Of a DNA stretch of 64,000 nucleotides, positions 26,141-36,102 are shown one piece after another. The notes below the pieces were generated by a model, which was not told the origin of the DNA, did no database searches, and saw only the letters and a program-made list of their open reading frames with translations. The stretch covers positions 237,385 to 301,384 of the forward strand of contig JANQRZ010000018.1 in NCBI GenBank assembly GCA_028284265.1. Reading direction: 5' to 3'. Each line of letters starts with the position of its first letter. Within the stretch, counting starts at the first letter, position 1. The stretch is from Rhodothermales bacterium (GTDB lineage: Bacteria > Bacteroidota > Rhodothermia > Rhodothermales > JANQRZ01). Both the position numbers and the translations under genes were made by a program.

Positions 26141-26812
26141 TTATTCGATAGTCGCTGAGACAGGCGGGGTGACATACTGCTCGATCACCTCCGCATCGGA
26201 GCGGCGGTTGCCGTCGAGTTCGGCCTCGTCCTGCGGCAGCGTCACGCTCTCGAAGCCGGGGAGCTTACCCTCGCGCAGATTGGCGAGGAGGGTATCGCAC
26301 TTGGCGGGCGTGAGGTTGTGGACGTAGGGGCCGTTGGTGACTTGCAGCATCGGGGCCGAACCGCACGCGCCGAGGCACTCGACCTCTTGGATCGAGAACA
26401 TCCCATCCTGCGTGGTCTCGCCTTTCTTGATGCCGAGTTGGTCTTCGAGGTAGTGCAGGATGTCGTAGCCGCCGCAGAGCTGGCAACTGAAGCAGGTACA
26501 CACGTCGAGCACCCACTTGCCCATCTCCTGCTTGTAGTACTGCGTGTAGAACGTCGCCACGCCGAAGACTTTGGCGCGGGGCAGGTCGAGGGTGTCGGCG
26601 ACGAACTCGATGACTTCGGCGGGGAGCCACGCGAACTTCTCCTGCGCCAGCCAGAGCACCTTCATCACCGCGCCGTCGGCGGTCGGATACTGGGCGACCC
26701 AGCCGTCAATCGTCTGCTGTTCCTCGGCGGTCCACACGAGGTCGTCGGGGCCGAAGTGGCGCGCCGGCTCTTCACCGGGGACGTACAGCGGTTCGGGAGA
26801 GGAAGATGCCAT
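26141..26812 (-). CDS. nuoE: NADH-quinone oxidoreductase subunit E (24 kDa)
   Basis: CTCFSCQLCG ... ECLGACGSAP 2Fe-2S ligand pattern. Confidence 0.9.
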   Translation of the reverse strand: MASSSPEPLYVPGEEPARHFGPDDLVWTAEEQQTIDGWVAQYPTADGAVMKVLWLAQEKFAWLPAEVIEFVADTLDLPRAKVFGVATFYTQYYKQEMGKWVLDVCTCFSCQLCGGYDILHYLEDQLGIKKGETTQDGMFSIQEVECLGACGSAPMLQVTNGPYVHNLTPAKCDTLLANLREGKLPGFESVTLPQDEAELDGNRRSDAEVIEQYVTPPVSATIE

Positions 26813-26889
26813 TGGGTGATTGAGTGATTCGCCGATTCGCTGATTGAGGCGACAAAAGCACCCAATCAGTAAATCAGTCAGTCAGCAAA

Positions 26890-28218
26890 TTACTTATCGG
26901 CCTCGCCCATCACGGGGTCGATGGAGCCGATGAGCACAACGGTGTCAGCGACCATCGCGCCTTCGAGGAGGTGTTCGAGACCTTGCAGATTGCAGAAGCT
27001 CGGGGAGTTGATCTTCATGCGCCACGGGCTGCCGGTGCCGTCGGAGGCGAGGAAGAAGCCGAGTTCGCCCTTCGGCGCTTCGGTGGCGTGATAGACCTCG
27101 ACGCCGTCCGGCGGAGCCACGCCTACATCAGTCATCAGGAAGTCGTGGATCATGCCTTCCATCGAGTAATAGACCTCGTCCTTACTCGCGTAGGCGTGCT
27201 TCGCGTTGTCGGCGCGGATCGGTCCCTTGACCTCGTTCGGGCCGCGCAGCCGGTCGAGGCACTGGCGAATGATGCGAAGCGACTGCTCCATTTCCTCGAC
27301 GCGGACGAAGTAGCGGGCGAGGCTGTCACCTTCGGTTCGCATCGGCACGTCGAACTCGACCTCATCGTATTTGAGGTACGGCTCGAAGATGCGAATGTCG
27401 TAGTCGATCCCGCAGGCGCGGAGGTTCGGGCCGGTGAAGCCTAGGTCGAGACACTCCTCGGCGCTCAGCGTGCCGATGTCCTTGTTGCGGTCGATCCAGA
27501 TGCGGTTGCGGTTGAGGAGCTTCTTCCAGTCGGCGATGTCGTTCTGGAAGTTGTCGCAGAAGCGCTGGATCAGGTCGAGTGCCGTCGGGCTGACATCGAA
27601 CGCGACGCCGCCGATGCGGCTGTGGCTGACGGTGAAGCGTGCCCCCGCGACCTCGTCGAAGATGGAGTACAGTTCCTCGCGGTACTTGAAGGTCCACAGG
27701 AAGACGGATAGCGCGCCCGCGTCCATCACCATCGTCCCGATCCACAGGAGGTGCGCCGAGATGCGGGCGCACTCGCACATCATCGTCCGAATCCACTGCG
27801 CCCGCTGCGGAACCTCGATGTTCGCCAGCTTCTCGACCGAGAGACACCACGCAACGTTGCTGTTGTAGGGCGACATGTAGTCCATGCGATCCGTGTAGGG
27901 CATGAACTCTTGGAACGTCTTCACCTCGGCGAACTTCTCGAGGCCCCGGTGGAGGTACCCGATGTCAAGCACCGCCGTGCGGATGTTCTCGCCATCGAGC
28001 TTCACCACCACGCGGAGTACGCCGTGCGTCGCCGGGTGCTGCGGCCCGATGTTGAGTGTCATCTCGGCTTCGAGCGGGTCGCCCTGCTCGATGTGGACGT
28101 GCTTGCTCTCCAGCCGCTTGTAGAGCGCTTCGTTGTGGCGCGGCCAGAACGTAAACGTCTCGTCGTCCGGGTCCTGACGGACGGTGTCCACGGCGAAGGG
28201 GCGATTTTTGATTTCCAT
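26890..28218 (-). CDS. nuoD: NADH-quinone oxidoreductase subunit D (49 kDa)
   Basis: LNIGPQHPATHGVLR, YLHRGLEK and C-terminal DPVMGEADK motifs. Confidence 0.95.
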   Translation of the reverse strand: MEIKNRPFAVDTVRQDPDDETFTFWPRHNEALYKRLESKHVHIEQGDPLEAEMTLNIGPQHPATHGVLRVVVKLDGENIRTAVLDIGYLHRGLEKFAEVKTFQEFMPYTDRMDYMSPYNSNVAWCLSVEKLANIEVPQRAQWIRTMMCECARISAHLLWIGTMVMDAGALSVFLWTFKYREELYSIFDEVAGARFTVSHSRIGGVAFDVSPTALDLIQRFCDNFQNDIADWKKLLNRNRIWIDRNKDIGTLSAEECLDLGFTGPNLRACGIDYDIRIFEPYLKYDEVEFDVPMRTEGDSLARYFVRVEEMEQSLRIIRQCLDRLRGPNEVKGPIRADNAKHAYASKDEVYYSMEGMIHDFLMTDVGVAPPDGVEVYHATEAPKGELGFFLASDGTGSPWRMKINSPSFCNLQGLEHLLEGAMVADTVVLIGSIDPVMGEADK

Positions 28219-28290
28219 AGCTTTTGGCTTTTAGCTCTTGGCTATTGGTTGAAGGCTGCGAGCTAAAAGCCAACAGCCAAGAGCTGACAG

Positions 28291-28971
28291 CTAGTCCTCC
28301 GGGATGTTGCCGTGGGCGCGGGCGAAGGGGTCGAGCGTGATCTCGCCGTCGTTCTCCTGCGGAGGGAGCGGGAGCGAGCCGGGGATGCCGAGCGTCGGAA
28401 ATTCCTTGCGGGCAGGGTGGTACTCGAAGTCTTCGGGCATGAACATCCGCCGCAGGTCCGGGTGCCCGTCAAACGAAATGCCCATCATGTCCCACGCCTC
28501 GCGCTCGTGCCACGTCGCGGCGCGGTGAACGCCCGTGATACTCGGCACCGAGATGCCGTCGCCGACGCGGAGCTTGACGCGGATGCGCTTGCGCTTCGGG
28601 ATGTGGCACAGGCTGTAGAACACCTCGAAGCGGTCGTCTTCCGTGAAGCGATCAATCGTGCCGAGGTCCGAGAGGTAGGTAAAGCCCTGCGCCTTCAGGA
28701 AGCGGACGACCTCTACGATCCGCTCGCGCTCGACGAAGACCGTCTGCTCACCGGCATACTCAACAACCTCACCGACGGCGTCACCGAACTCGCCGCGCAG
28801 CGCGTCGATGGTCTCGCCTACCTGCGTGCTCGCTTTGGCGTGCGGGTTGGGCGCTCCCTCTGATTTCGGCGGGGCAGCAGGCGTGAAGAGGAACTTCAGC
28901 GTCTGCTTTTCCTGCGCCGGGTCAATCGTTTCGGTGCCGTCCGAGGCGATGTGGAGAGGCTCTTTCTTCAT
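28291..28971 (-). CDS. nuoC: NADH-quinone oxidoreductase subunit C (30 kDa)
   Basis: ATWHEREAWDMMGISFDGHPDLRR motif. Confidence 0.9.
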   Translation of the reverse strand: MKKEPLHIASDGTETIDPAQEKQTLKFLFTPAAPPKSEGAPNPHAKASTQVGETIDALRGEFGDAVGEVVEYAGEQTVFVERERIVEVVRFLKAQGFTYLSDLGTIDRFTEDDRFEVFYSLCHIPKRKRIRVKLRVGDGISVPSITGVHRAATWHEREAWDMMGISFDGHPDLRRMFMPEDFEYHPARKEFPTLGIPGSLPLPPQENDGEITLDPFARAHGNIPED

Positions 28972-28987
28972 GGCTCAGGCAAATCGC

Positions 28988-29539
28988 TTAGGCAGCGGAG
29001 TAGCGGGCGGTTTCTTCGGACGTGGCCGGACGCACGGCGTGCTCTTCGGAGCGCCCCTCGGCATCGACGGCTTCGCGCTCGTCCTGGGTAATGGAGTACT
29101 CGTTGCGAATCTTCTCCTGGATGTCCATCAGCGCGTGGATGATGGCCTCCGGGCGCGGCGGGCAACCGGGCACATAGACATCAACCGGGAGGAAGTTGTC
29201 GACGCCCTGCACCACACCGTAGCAGCGGTGCATCCCACCCGTCGAGGCACACGCGCCCTGAGCGATGCACCACTTGGGGTCCGGCATCTGATCCCAGATG
29301 CGGCGGATGGCGTGCGCCATTTTGTGCGAGACCCAGCCCGCGACGATCATCAGGTCGGCCTGCCGGGGTGAGAAGCGCATAGCCTCGGAGCCGAAGCGCG
29401 ACACATCGGCCTTGGGCCCGGCGAACGCCATCATCTCGATGGCGCAACAGGCGAGGCCCATCGGCATCGGCATGAGCGAGTTGGAGCGCGCCCAGTTGGT
29501 GACGGCGTCGACCGTCGTGGTGAGATAGCCTTCTTGCAT
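28988..29539 (-). CDS. nuoB: NADH-quinone oxidoreductase subunit B (20 kDa/PSST)
   Basis: [17 protein letters not shown] and GCPPRPE N2-cluster motifs. Confidence 0.95.
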   Translation of the reverse strand: MQEGYLTTTVDAVTNWARSNSLMPMPMGLACCAIEMMAFAGPKADVSRFGSEAMRFSPRQADLMIVAGWVSHKMAHAIRRIWDQMPDPKWCIAQGACASTGGMHRCYGVVQGVDNFLPVDVYVPGCPPRPEAIIHALMDIQEKIRNEYSITQDEREAVDAEGRSEEHAVRPATSEETARYSAA

Positions 29540-29635
29540 AGCAGGTCAGAGTCAGGTCAGGGTATCTCCAACAGAGTGAGGTCCCGAATGATTCAGGCGC
29601 ACTGCACCATTTTCAGTCTGGATTGAAAATTCGTG

Positions 29636-30007
29636 TCAGTCCCAGTCCAGCCCCCCCTTTTTGATGTCGTAGATCAGCCCGACAAAGAGGATGAGGATGA
29701 AGACAAAGATGACGGCGAATGCGCCCAGCCCGGCCCCAGCATCGAGGAAGCTCTGGAAGCTGACGGCCCACGGGTACATGAACACAACCTCCACGTCGAA
29801 CACAATGAAGATCATCGCGACGAGGTAGAACTTGACCGAGTACCGCTCACGGGCGGTCCCGATGGGGTCCATCCCGCTCTCGTAGGGGCTGGCTTTGACA
29901 CCACGCGGGCGGCGCGGGCCAAGCCACTCAGCAAACTTGAGGAGCGTGAGCGCCAGCCCGAGGGCCAGCACCACCATCAGAAAGATCGGAGCGTAATCGA
30001 CGAGCAT
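29636..30007 (-). CDS. nuoA: NADH-quinone oxidoreductase subunit A
   Basis: 123 aa, 3 TM segments, YESGMDP and FDVEVVF motifs. First gene of the cluster. Confidence 0.9.
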   Translation of the reverse strand: MLVDYAPIFLMVVLALGLALTLLKFAEWLGPRRPRGVKASPYESGMDPIGTARERYSVKFYLVAMIFIVFDVEVVFMYPWAVSFQSFLDAGAGLGAFAVIFVFILILFVGLIYDIKKGGLDWD

Positions 30008-30102
30008 CGGGGCAAGGAGAAAATGCAGTCGGAAAGGTAAGGCAGACGCTAGGAGCGAGGAAAGGAAGACCGTAAGAATGGAGGTACGATGTGCGCTCTA
30101 TC

Positions 30103-31398
30103 TCACCCGAGTCCGACGCGCTCGAAAATGGTGTCGACTTCGTGGAGGTGGTACGCAGCGTCGAAGGCATCAGCGATGGCGTCGGCGGAGAGATGTTCGG
30201 GGATGGGCGACGCCTCGACGATGGCGCGGAAGCTCCGGCGCTCACGCCACGCCTGCATCGCAAGCGGCTGGACAAGGTCGTAGGCCGCCTCGCGGCTCAT
30301 CCCGGTGTCGATCAACTTGAGAAGCAGACGCTGGCTGAATACGAGGCCGTGCGTGCGGTCCATGTTCTCCTGCATCCGGTCGGGGTAGACCTGCAGGTTC
30401 TCGATGATGTTCGCCATCCGGTGCAGCGCATAGTGCAGAACCGTCGTGGCGTCGGGGAGGATGACGCGTTCGACGGATGAGTGGCTGATGTCGCGCTCGT
30501 GCCAGAGAGCCACGTTCTCGTAGGCTGCGACCATGTAGCCCCGCAGCAGCCGCGCCATGCCGGTGATGTTCTCCGAGCCGACCGGGTTGCGCTTGTGCGG
30601 CATCGCGCTCGACCCCTTCTGCCCTGCCCGGAAGGCCTCCTCGGCTTCGAGCACTTCGGAGCGCTGGAGGTGCCGGACCTCGACGGCCAGCCGCTCCAGA
30701 CTCGCCCCGATCACGGCGAGCGTCGCGAGGTAGTAGGCGTGCCGGTCGCGCCCGAGCACCTGGGTCGAGATCGGCGCGGGGCGGAGGCCAAGCTTCTCGC
30801 ACGTCAGGCGCTCCACCTCGGGCGGAATGTTGGCGAAGGTTCCGACTGCTCCCGACAGCTTGCCGACGCGGACCTCCTCGGCGGCGCGCTCGAAGCGCTC
30901 GCGGTTGCGGACCATCTCATCGTAGGCGAGGGCAAGTTTGAGACCGAAGGTGGTCGGCTCCGCATGGACGCCGTGGGTGCGGCCAATCGTGAGCGTGGTA
31001 CGGTGCTCGTTCGCCTTCGCAGCCAGCACATCGATCATCCGGTCGAGCACCTCGGCGAGCAGGGCGTTGGCCCGCATCAGGCGAAGGCTGAGGGCCGTAT
31101 CGACCACGTCGGACGACGTCAACCCGTAGTGGACCCACTTCTTCTCCTCGCCGAGCGTTTCGGAGACCGCCCGCGTGAATGCGACGACGTCGTGCCGTGT
31201 CGTGGCCTCGATCTCGTGAATGCGGGCGACATCGAAGCTGGCCTCCTTGTAGAGGGTTTCTACGTCCTCTATAGGGATCACTCCCGTGGCTTCGCTCCAC
31301 GCCGCACAGGCGGCAAGCTCCACGTCGAGCCACGCTTGAAACTGCCCCGTCTCACTCCATAGGGACTCCATCTCGGGGCGGGTGTATCGGGCGATCAT
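30103..31398 (-). CDS. purB: Adenylosuccinate lyase
   Basis: [10 protein letters not shown]..., [10 protein letters not shown] and [11 protein letters not shown] signature. Start moved to 31398. Confidence 0.95.
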   Translation of the reverse strand: MIARYTRPEMESLWSETGQFQAWLDVELAACAAWSEATGVIPIEDVETLYKEASFDVARIHEIEATTRHDVVAFTRAVSETLGEEKKWVHYGLTSSDVVDTALSLRLMRANALLAEVLDRMIDVLAAKANEHRTTLTIGRTHGVHAEPTTFGLKLALAYDEMVRNRERFERAAEEVRVGKLSGAVGTFANIPPEVERLTCEKLGLRPAPISTQVLGRDRHAYYLATLAVIGASLERLAVEVRHLQRSEVLEAEEAFRAGQKGSSAMPHKRNPVGSENITGMARLLRGYMVAAYENVALWHERDISHSSVERVILPDATTVLHYALHRMANIIENLQVYPDRMQENMDRTHGLVFSQRLLLKLIDTGMSREAAYDLVQPLAMQAWRERRSFRAIVEASPIPEHLSADAIADAFDAAYHLHEVDTIFERVGLG

Positions 31399-31496
31399 AC
31401 TTCGCGGGGTGGCGGATAGATAGATGGGACCGAAAGGTACCACTCCTCATCGGGACGTACTCGACCCAATAGCCTAACCCCGCTAACACGCAAGAC

Positions 31497-31526
31497 TTGA
31501 CAAAACCTACAAAACGGGCCTATATA
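31497..31526 (+). promoter_or_regulatory. Possible sigma70-like promoter of the first S8 protease gene
   Basis: TTGACA - 18 nt - TATATA, about 60 nt upstream of the ATG at 31585. Confidence 0.35.
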
Positions 31527-31584
31527 CGCGGCGCTTCGTTCCTCCTTCATCGGCTGCTCACGGCCTATCACCCTTACCAGTACC

Positions 31585-32862
31585 ATGAGAACTGTTCTTC
31601 TCCGTACCGTCCCCTTCTTTTTCCTGCTCACCGCGCTCGTTGGGTGTGATGCCGTCAACGGCCCCGCGCCTACTGACGCCGCGACGTCCCAGACCGAAGA
31701 CGTCGCGGCTGTGGCCACTCCGGATGAGACCGCCCTGATCCCCGGTCGCTACATCGTCGTGGTGTCCGAGAAAGGCGTTGCCCAGTCCCGCGCCTCGGCG
31801 AGAGCCGACCTTCGTGCCCTCACCGATGAGGTCACCGCTCGCGGTGCCATCGTGCGCCACACCTACGAGCATGCCCTGACCGGCTTCGCCGCCGCCATGA
31901 GCGCTGAAGAAGCCGAGGCGCTCATGGCGGACTCGCGCGTGCTCTACGTTGAGCAAGAGCGGCGAGCCTACCTCAACGGCACCGGCACCCAAGGCGGTGT
32001 GACATGGGGCATCGACCGCGTTAACGCGCGCTCGGGGCTCGACGGCCAGTACGGCTGGCGGGCATCGGGCGAAGGCGTGACCGCCTATGTCATTGATACC
32101 GGCATTCGCATTACCCACAACGAGTTCGGTGGTCGGGCAAGCTATGGCTACGACTTCCGCGACAACGATCCGGTAGCGAGCGACTGCAACGGGCACGGCA
32201 CGCACGTCGCGGGCACCATCGGTGGCGCGACCTACGGGATGGCGAAAGACGTAGACCTAGTCGCTGTTCGCGTCTTCGGCTGTGGAAACTTCGGCAACAG
32301 CGGTGACATCATCGCGGGCTTCGACTGGGTGGCGGCGAACGCGCAGCTTCCGGCCGTCGCCAATGCCAGCCTGACGGTCTCTGATTCGCCCGCCTCCCGA
32401 GCCGCCACGCAGAGCATCGTGGACGCAGGCGTGGCCTTCGCCGTCGCGGCCGGTAACGGCTACGGTGCGAATGCGTGCAACTACACGCCCGCCCGCGTCG
32501 CCGATGTGATGACCGTCGGCTCAACAGATTCCAGCGACCGTCGCTCCAGCTTCTCGAACGTGGGAAGCTGCATCGACTTTTTCGCACCCGGCTCCAGCGT
32601 CACCTCAGCGTGGTACAACAGCGACTCGGCGACCAACACCATCAGCGGGACGTCGATGGCCTCGCCGCACGTCGCCGGGGCCGCGGCAATGCTGCTGGAG
32701 GTGAAACCGAACTTCAGCCCGGAGCGCGTGCGCAACATCATCTACAACTTCACCACCAAGAACGCGGTCTCTAACTCCAACACCGCGAACAACCACCTGC
32801 TCTACAACGGTGGCAACCCGAACGGCATCGCCCTCACCGACGACCCGGCTTTCGACCTGTAG
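31585..32862 (+). CDS. Secreted subtilisin-like serine protease (peptidase S8, proteinase K-like) with I9 propeptide, copy 1
   Basis: Signal peptide; I9 propeptide (YIVVVSEKG...HTYEHALTGFAAAMSAEEAEAL). Catalytic triad contexts VIDTGI (Asp), GHGTHVAGT (His) and GTSMASPHVAG (Ser). Confidence 0.9.
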   Translation: MRTVLLRTVPFFFLLTALVGCDAVNGPAPTDAATSQTEDVAAVATPDETALIPGRYIVVVSEKGVAQSRASARADLRALTDEVTARGAIVRHTYEHALTGFAAAMSAEEAEALMADSRVLYVEQERRAYLNGTGTQGGVTWGIDRVNARSGLDGQYGWRASGEGVTAYVIDTGIRITHNEFGGRASYGYDFRDNDPVASDCNGHGTHVAGTIGGATYGMAKDVDLVAVRVFGCGNFGNSGDIIAGFDWVAANAQLPAVANASLTVSDSPASRAATQSIVDAGVAFAVAAGNGYGANACNYTPARVADVMTVGSTDSSDRRSSFSNVGSCIDFFAPGSSVTSAWYNSDSATNTISGTSMASPHVAGAAAMLLEVKPNFSPERVRNIIYNFTTKNAVSNSNTANNHLLYNGGNPNGIALTDDPAFDL

Positions 32863-32881
32863 GCCCTCGTCTTTGATTCGG

Positions 32882-32921
32882 CAAGGGGCGTGTCTCATGC
32901 GAGGCGCGCCCCTTGTTGCTG
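32882..32921 (+). terminator. Candidate terminator hairpin after S8 copy 1
   Basis: CAAGGGGCG - 16-nt loop - CGCCCCUUG followed by a weak U-rich tail (UUGCUG). Confidence 0.4.
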
Positions 32922-33056
32922 AACTCCCTGTGGCTGAACAAGGTGCGGGATTTGCCTTCAGCAGATTCTCTGCCTACACTTCGGCACCTTCCTTCTTTAC
33001 CATCTGCGCGTGAAGCGCCCTCAAGGCGGCTCACGCACACAACCTCTAACCTTCGC

Positions 33057-34364
33057 ATGAATCGCTTCTCTTTCCGCGCCCTGCTCGGCGCGCTCGTTCT
33101 CACCTTCACGCTCGCGGCCTGTGATACGGCCACCGAGACGCCTGCACCCTCGGCGACGGCGGACACCGAAGCCCTCCGCACCGGATCCGAGGTCACCGTA
33201 AACGCACCACCCGACGAGGACCTGCGGATTCCGAACCGCTACATCGTCGTCGTGGCTGAGGAGGCCGCTGCTCAGGCTCGCGCTGCCGCCGCGACCGACC
33301 TCCGTGCCCTTACCGCTGAGGTCGCTGCCCGCGGAGCCACCGTGCGCCACACCTACGAGCACGCTCTGACAGGCTTTGCCGCCGAAATGAGCGCCGAGGA
33401 AGCCGAGGCGCTGAAGGCGGACCCGCGCGTGCTCTACGTCGAGCAGGAGCAGCGGGTCTATCTCACCGGCACCGGCACGCAAGGCAACGCGACATGGGGT
33501 CTCGACCGTGTCAACGCCCGCAGTGGCCTCGACAACCAGTATGGCTGGCGGGCGAGTGGCGAAGGCGTGACCGCCTACGTCATCGATACCGGCATCAACC
33601 TCTCGCACAACGAGTTCGGCAACCGCGCCTCCTACGGCTACGACTTCCGCGATAATGACGCCATCGCTGAGGACTGCAACGGGCACGGGACGCACGTCGC
33701 GGGCACGCTCGGCGGAGCGACCTATGGCATGGCGAAGGACGTGAACATCGTCGCCGTTCGCACCTTCGGCTGCGGAAACTCCGGCGATACGGGTGAGATC
33801 ATCGCGGGCTTCAACTGGGTGGCGGCGAACGCGCAGCTTCCGGCCGTCGCCAACGCCAGCCTCGGCGGTGGGGCCTCTGACGCGATGGACGCAGCGGCGC
33901 GCGGCGTGGTCAACGCGGGGGTCGCCTTTGCGGTCGCGGCGGGCAACGGCTTCCTTGGCCTGTTCCCGCAGAACGCCTGCAACAGCTCACCGGCCCGCGA
34001 GCCGGTCGTGATGACGGTCAGCTCCACCAACGACAACGACCAGCGCGTCTCCTACGCCAATTTCGGCGACTGCGTCGACTTCTTCGCACCGGGCAAGGCC
34101 ATCACCTCGGCGTGGTACACGAGCAACTCGGCCACGAACACCATCGAGGGTACCTCCATGGCCTCGCCGCACATCGCGGGTGCCGCGGCGATGCTTCTCG
34201 AAGCCCGGCCGAACTTCACCCCGCAGCAGGTACGCGACGTGATCTTCAACTTCACCACGAAGAACATCGTCGGGAACGCACGGTCGGAGAACGCCCACCT
34301 GCTCTTCAACGGTGGCAACCCGAGTGGCCTCGCCCTCACCGACGATCCGGCGCTCAACCAGTAG
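33057..34364 (+). CDS. Secreted subtilisin-like serine protease (S8, I9 propeptide), copy 2 (lipoprotein-type signal)
   Basis: Starts MNRFSFRALLGALVLTFTLAAC. The domain order and catalytic motifs match copy 1. Start moved from 32913 to 33057. Confidence 0.9.
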   Translation: MNRFSFRALLGALVLTFTLAACDTATETPAPSATADTEALRTGSEVTVNAPPDEDLRIPNRYIVVVAEEAAAQARAAAATDLRALTAEVAARGATVRHTYEHALTGFAAEMSAEEAEALKADPRVLYVEQEQRVYLTGTGTQGNATWGLDRVNARSGLDNQYGWRASGEGVTAYVIDTGINLSHNEFGNRASYGYDFRDNDAIAEDCNGHGTHVAGTLGGATYGMAKDVNIVAVRTFGCGNSGDTGEIIAGFNWVAANAQLPAVANASLGGGASDAMDAAARGVVNAGVAFAVAAGNGFLGLFPQNACNSSPAREPVVMTVSSTNDNDQRVSYANFGDCVDFFAPGKAITSAWYTSNSATNTIEGTSMASPHIAGAAAMLLEARPNFTPQQVRDVIFNFTTKNIVGNARSENAHLLFNGGNPSGLALTDDPALNQ

Positions 34365-34391
34365 GACTGAGCAACGACTGCTAATCCCAAA

Positions 34392-34423
34392 AGAGGGTGG
34401 CTCTCGCTGGAGAGCCACCCTCT
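34392..34423. terminator. Bidirectional intrinsic terminator between convergent genes
   Basis: AGAGGGUGGCUCUC-GCUG-GAGAGCCACCCUCU (14-bp perfect stem), flanked by AAAAG on the 5' side and UUUCU on the 3' side. Confidence 0.7.
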
Positions 34424-34449
34424 TTCTGTCCCTTCCGTGCCCCGGAAAC

Positions 34450-35361
34450 CTAGTCTGAAAAGCTCCCGGTCTGGCACGTCACCTTACCTACTCCAGCCTC
34501 GATGCGAACGAGGAAGGCATCGTCCTCATCGCGCACTTGAGGACTGTGCCATAGGCCCTTGCCGCGCTTGATGTAGCCATCAGGAATCTCGACCTGCGCA
34601 AGCCAGGAGTCCGTTGCGTAGAGGACGACAGGGGCATTCTCAGGCAGCGCGACACGGAGCGAGGCCATCCCCACGTCAATGTCAGCGCGGGCACCAGCCG
34701 GGAGCGGAGCGCCGGTGAAGTCAAGCTCAAATGAACCGGCTCCGCCCTCAAACATGAAGTGCTCGAACCGGGCATTGCCCAAGCCATGACCAATGAACGT
34801 CGACATCCCGGCCTCGATGGCAAGCTCCTCCATCACCACCGGGTTACGCTCGTCGAAGGCGAGGTGCGTCTTCGCCATCCCGGACTCAAGGTAGAGACGC
34901 TCGACTTGGAATCCCGTCAGGTTGAGGTCGGCGTCGGCCATGCCGAGTTCAAAATCGAGATCGAGCGGTACACGGTCGGAGAAGAAGAGGAGCCACTCAT
35001 TGTCTTCGGGAATGCGGATGCCGCGCACGGTGATGCCGGAGTGGTCTTTGCCGCCGGATCCCAACTCCAACCCGATGTGGGCTGTGCGCCCGTCGTGCTC
35101 TACGTCCATTTCCGGCACCATGTCCTCGTCTTCGAGCGCGATCTCGGCCTGAAACAGGTAGCCGTCCTCGGCCTTGCCAATGGCGATGTGCCCGAGGGCC
35201 AGTTCAAGCTCGGCTTCGAGTTTTGTCTCACGCTCGTGCGGCACCTCGAAGTAGTACCGCTCGGTGAACGCGGCCAGCACAGGCAAGGCCACGAGGAGGG
35301 CGGGCAGTACCAGCCACGAGTTGCGGAAAGAGGCGTTTCGCCGGAATAATCGCTTGCTCAT
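34450..35361 (-). CDS. Membrane-anchored beta-rich protein downstream of an ECF sigma (toast-rack/DUF4097-like; putative sigma-linked partner)
   Basis: N-terminal TM segment (WLVLPALLVALPVLAAF), then repetitive beta-strand-like segments (LDLDFELGMADADLNL, GSFELDFTG, ADIDVGMASLRVAL). Lies 67 nt downstream of the sigma gene on the same strand. Confidence 0.4.
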   Translation of the reverse strand: MSKRLFRRNASFRNSWLVLPALLVALPVLAAFTERYYFEVPHERETKLEAELELALGHIAIGKAEDGYLFQAEIALEDEDMVPEMDVEHDGRTAHIGLELGSGGKDHSGITVRGIRIPEDNEWLLFFSDRVPLDLDFELGMADADLNLTGFQVERLYLESGMAKTHLAFDERNPVVMEELAIEAGMSTFIGHGLGNARFEHFMFEGGAGSFELDFTGAPLPAGARADIDVGMASLRVALPENAPVVLYATDSWLAQVEIPDGYIKRGKGLWHSPQVRDEDDAFLVRIEAGVGKVTCQTGSFSD

Positions 35362-35428
35362 ACACCACCCTACGGAAGGTTGAGAATCGAGTTACGAAGA
35401 GCCGACGGCTCCTCCGTAAATCAACGAT

Positions 35429-36037
35429 TCAGAAGTCGCCGCGCTGGTCGCGGAGATGTTTGTAGAGAAGCGCCCGGGCGCGAAAGATGTGGGCCTTGAC
35501 CGTCCCGAGCGGTAGGTCGAGTTCGTCGGCGATCTCATCGTAGCTCATCTCCTGCTGGTGCCGCATCACGATCACCCGGTGATACTTCGGCGGCAGCGCC
35601 TCGATGGCCTCTTGGATCAACTCGCGGCGCTGGTCCGCCATGACGTGGCGGTCCGGGCGGTACGTGACATCCGGCAGTTCGTAGGGCCGGTCGTCCTCGC
35701 GCCCCGGCGCGGGCTGGTCAATGGAGAACGTCTTGAGCTTCTTCTTGCGGAGATAGTCAATGGTGTGGTTCGTGGCGATTTTGTAGAGCCACGTCGAGAA
35801 AGCGTAGTCGCTGGAATAGGAGCCGAGCGAGGTGAACGCCTTGATGAAACTCTCCTGCACGAGGTCATCCACCATCTGCTTCTCGCGCACCATCCGGCCA
35901 ACGTGGCGGCGGATCGGCTCGCGGTACTTCTGCATGAGCTGCTGATACGCCTCCTGATTCCCCCCGAGGGCATCGGTGACGAGGGTGCGGTCCTGCTCGC
36001 TGGAGGCGGAGGGGCTGTCGGCAGAAGAGCGGGCCAT
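35429..36037 (-). CDS. RNA polymerase ECF-type sigma-70 factor
   Basis: Region 2 (DDLVQESFIKAF...FSTWLYKIATN) and region 4 (MSYDEIADELDLPLGTVKAHIFRAR). Confidence 0.85.
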   Translation of the reverse strand: MARSSADSPSASSEQDRTLVTDALGGNQEAYQQLMQKYREPIRRHVGRMVREKQMVDDLVQESFIKAFTSLGSYSSDYAFSTWLYKIATNHTIDYLRKKKLKTFSIDQPAPGREDDRPYELPDVTYRPDRHVMADQRRELIQEAIEALPPKYHRVIVMRHQQEMSYDEIADELDLPLGTVKAHIFRARALLYKHLRDQRGDF

Positions 36038-36102
36038 GCAGGGGCAGGAACAGAGGAACAGGACGGGCGGAATCTACGAACGACGAGTCGAGGGTCCACG
36101 AC

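Noticed and set aside
26813-26889. Short tandem TCAG/CTGAC-type repeats in nuo intergenic spacers (also at 29540-29635)
   Set aside because: These are low-complexity AT-richer linkers with no consistent position relative to start/stop codons and no clear secondary structure. They are probably unstructured translation-initiation spacers in an SD-poor genome and not a discrete element.
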